Below, one piece after another: positions 62,001-64,000 of a stretch of 64,000 nucleotides of DNA. Position 1 is the stretch's first letter. Each line of letters starts with the position of its first letter. The stretch is from assembly GCA_973895155.1 (NCBI GenBank), contig OZ316899.1, positions 15,093,974-15,157,973 on the forward strand. Direction: 5' to 3'. Position numbers and translations under genes: made by a program. The notes under the pieces were generated by a model that worked only from the letters and a program-made list of their open reading frames with translations, was not told the DNA's origin and searched no databases. This stretch comes from Marsupella aquatica. Taxonomy: Eukaryota > Plantae > Marchantiophyta.

Positions 62001-64000
62001 AGAAGATGACATTCGATTCCTTGACATTTTTGAATTTGATGCCCCGGAAATTCTGGAAATAACCACCGAAATTGCAAATCCGGAAATATCATCAAATCCG
62101 GATCAGGCACACTTCATCCGAAAAGATCCGGGTTTACACTCCGATCCGGAAAAAGATTCTAGATCCGGCTTACAACCTGCATGACGCGAGGACCCTTCCT
62201 ACCTAAGCACTGGAGTCAAATCTAGGATCTTGGATGGGGAGGGAGTCAAAATTGACCAAGAAGGTGTCAGCGCGGATTTCTTACCAGAAGAAGCAAAAGG
62301 ATTGACCATTGAGCCGATGGGTTTTACTGAAGGGATAGTAGATCCACGAGCTTGTCAAAAGGTGGAGATTGAACCTGGAAATTTTTTGAATATTAGCAAT
62401 CATATTCAGGGGGACCTGCAAACTAAGTATGTGGAATTGTTGAAACAATATAGGGATGTTTTTGCCTGGAGCCATACCGATATCAAAGGCATACCCTCTT
62501 ACCTCGGACAACATTGGATAGACTTGGTTGACTGAGCAATTCCAATAAGGAAAGGCAATATCGTCTTAATCCAAAATACTCCATAATGGTGAAGGATGAG
62601 ATTGATAAGCTAACTCAAGCCGGATTCATTTTTCCAGTCCTAAGCAGTGAGTGGGTTTCTCCCATAGTTATTGTGCCCAAGAAACCAGGTCCGGATGGAA
62701 AAGTTAAAATATGGGTTTGTCAAGATTTCCGGAAGTTGAATGCAGCCACCAGGAAGGACCATTACCCCTTACCTTTCATTGACATTGTTTTAGATACGGT
62801 TGCAGGACATGATCTTTTCAGTTTCCTCGATGGTTACTCTGGGTATAACCAAATTTCAGTCAGGGAGGAGGACCGCGACAAGACCACGTTCACCATGGAC
62901 TGGGGCATATATGCTTTTTCAGTAATGCCATTTGGACTCTACAACGCCCCATGAACTTTTTAGAGGATCATGAGGATTATTTTTCAAGAATATCTTCATC
63001 GATTTTTGGAAATTTTTATTGACGACTTCTGTGTTTTTAGTACAGAAGAGGAGCATCTGGAAAAGCTAACGTACGTTAACTTTCCAGAAATGCCGAGAAG
63101 CTCGCCTTTGTTTACATCCAGAAAAATGTTTCATGGGGATGCAAAAAGGAGTGTTGTTGGGACATGTGATCTCTCAAAAGGGGATCGAAGTGGATGCTGA
63201 AAAAGTGAAGATTATTCAAAATCTTCAACCCCCTGCTAATCTAAGGGAGTTGAGAGCATTTTTAGGTCATGTGGGATACTATCAAAGATTTATTCGTAAA
63301 TATGCTGAGATTGCAATGCCTCTGACTCAGTTGTTGAAGAAGGATGTTGAATATACCTGGACTAACACTCGGCAAATAGCTTTCCGGAATTTGAAAGATA
63401 AGTTGGTGTCTGCCCCTGTGATGATACCTGATTGAGATAAACCTTTCCATGTGTACATTGACGCATCCGCATTTTGTGTTGGGGCAGTCCTTAGTCAGAA
63501 GGATGAAGCTGGTAAGGACCATCCTATCTTCTATGCTAGTAGACAAATGAACCTTGCTGAGAAGAACTATACTGTCACGGAAAGGGAAGCCTTGGTGGTG
63601 GTGTTTGCGTGTAAGAAGTTCAGACATTACTTGTTGGGCTATCCTACGGTATTTCATACTGATCATTCTTTGCTAAAATATTTAGTCAATCAAACTGATC
63701 TTTCCGGAAGAATTGCTAGATGGGTTCTTTTACTACAAGAATTTGACTTTACTGTGGAAGTTCGACCCGGAAAACATCATGAGAATGCTGATTTCCTCTC
63801 AAGGATAGACGGTGAGGCGAACGAATCTCCATTGAATGATAGATTTCCGGATGAAGACATTTTTTGTGTTCATGAGGAGGATTCCTAGTATGTCGATATC
63901 ATCAAACTTCTGACTTTGGGTGTTTTACCAGAAAATCTGAACAAGGAGCAACAAGCAATTTTCATCCATAAGGTTGGACCTTATACTTTACGCGGAGGTG
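59081..64000 (+). pseudogene. gag-pol of family C (gag, three CCHC knuckles, PR, RT, RNaseH)
   Basis: CAVCKKMGHYPNEC, CWNCGD*SHFSPQC, CGNCGKEGHLPMEC, VDGGSGVNLM, FLDGYSGYNQI, FIDDF, DASAFCVGAVL; several stops. Confidence 0.93.

Larger units (their letters stand above)
55289..64000 (+). mobile_element. Non-chromovirus Ty3/gypsy family C: putative 3.16-kb 5'LTR (55289-58445), PBS, gag-pol running off the window
   Basis: Clean TG start at the junction with the A LTR; ...CTACCACA then CGCTTTT and PBS TGGCGCCGCTGTCGGGGA (Athila/Tat-type). Confidence 0.88.

Overview
Eukaryotic land-plant genomic DNA, probably a non-seed plant (inferred from GT-AG introns, TTTAGGG repeats and retroelement types). 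It holds one intact host gene, a 4-exon PTI1-like receptor-like cytoplasmic kinase (minus strand, 10793-13351), inside a nested transposon cluster. The cluster contains a 5'-truncated Ty1/copia, several copies of a chromovirus family ('A') whose LTRs run AGT...ACT, three non-chromovirus Ty3/gypsy families ('B', 'C', 'D'), two large TIR elements and three related MITEs. Two systems stand out. (1) Families B, C and D appear to have 3-4.7 kb LTRs that each contain a protein-coding ORF (PMD/Athila-ORF-like domain plus coiled coil); the most direct evidence is a solo element at 23411-28146 with TG...CA ends and a CTAAG target-site duplication. (2) Two inverted, decayed copies of an intron-containing cassette encode a ParB-like domain joined to a bacterial-type N4/N6 DNA methyltransferase-like domain, followed by a NIF/FCP1-type HAD phosphatase, and may be Helitron-borne. 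All domain calls come from motif recognition by eye; no searches were run.
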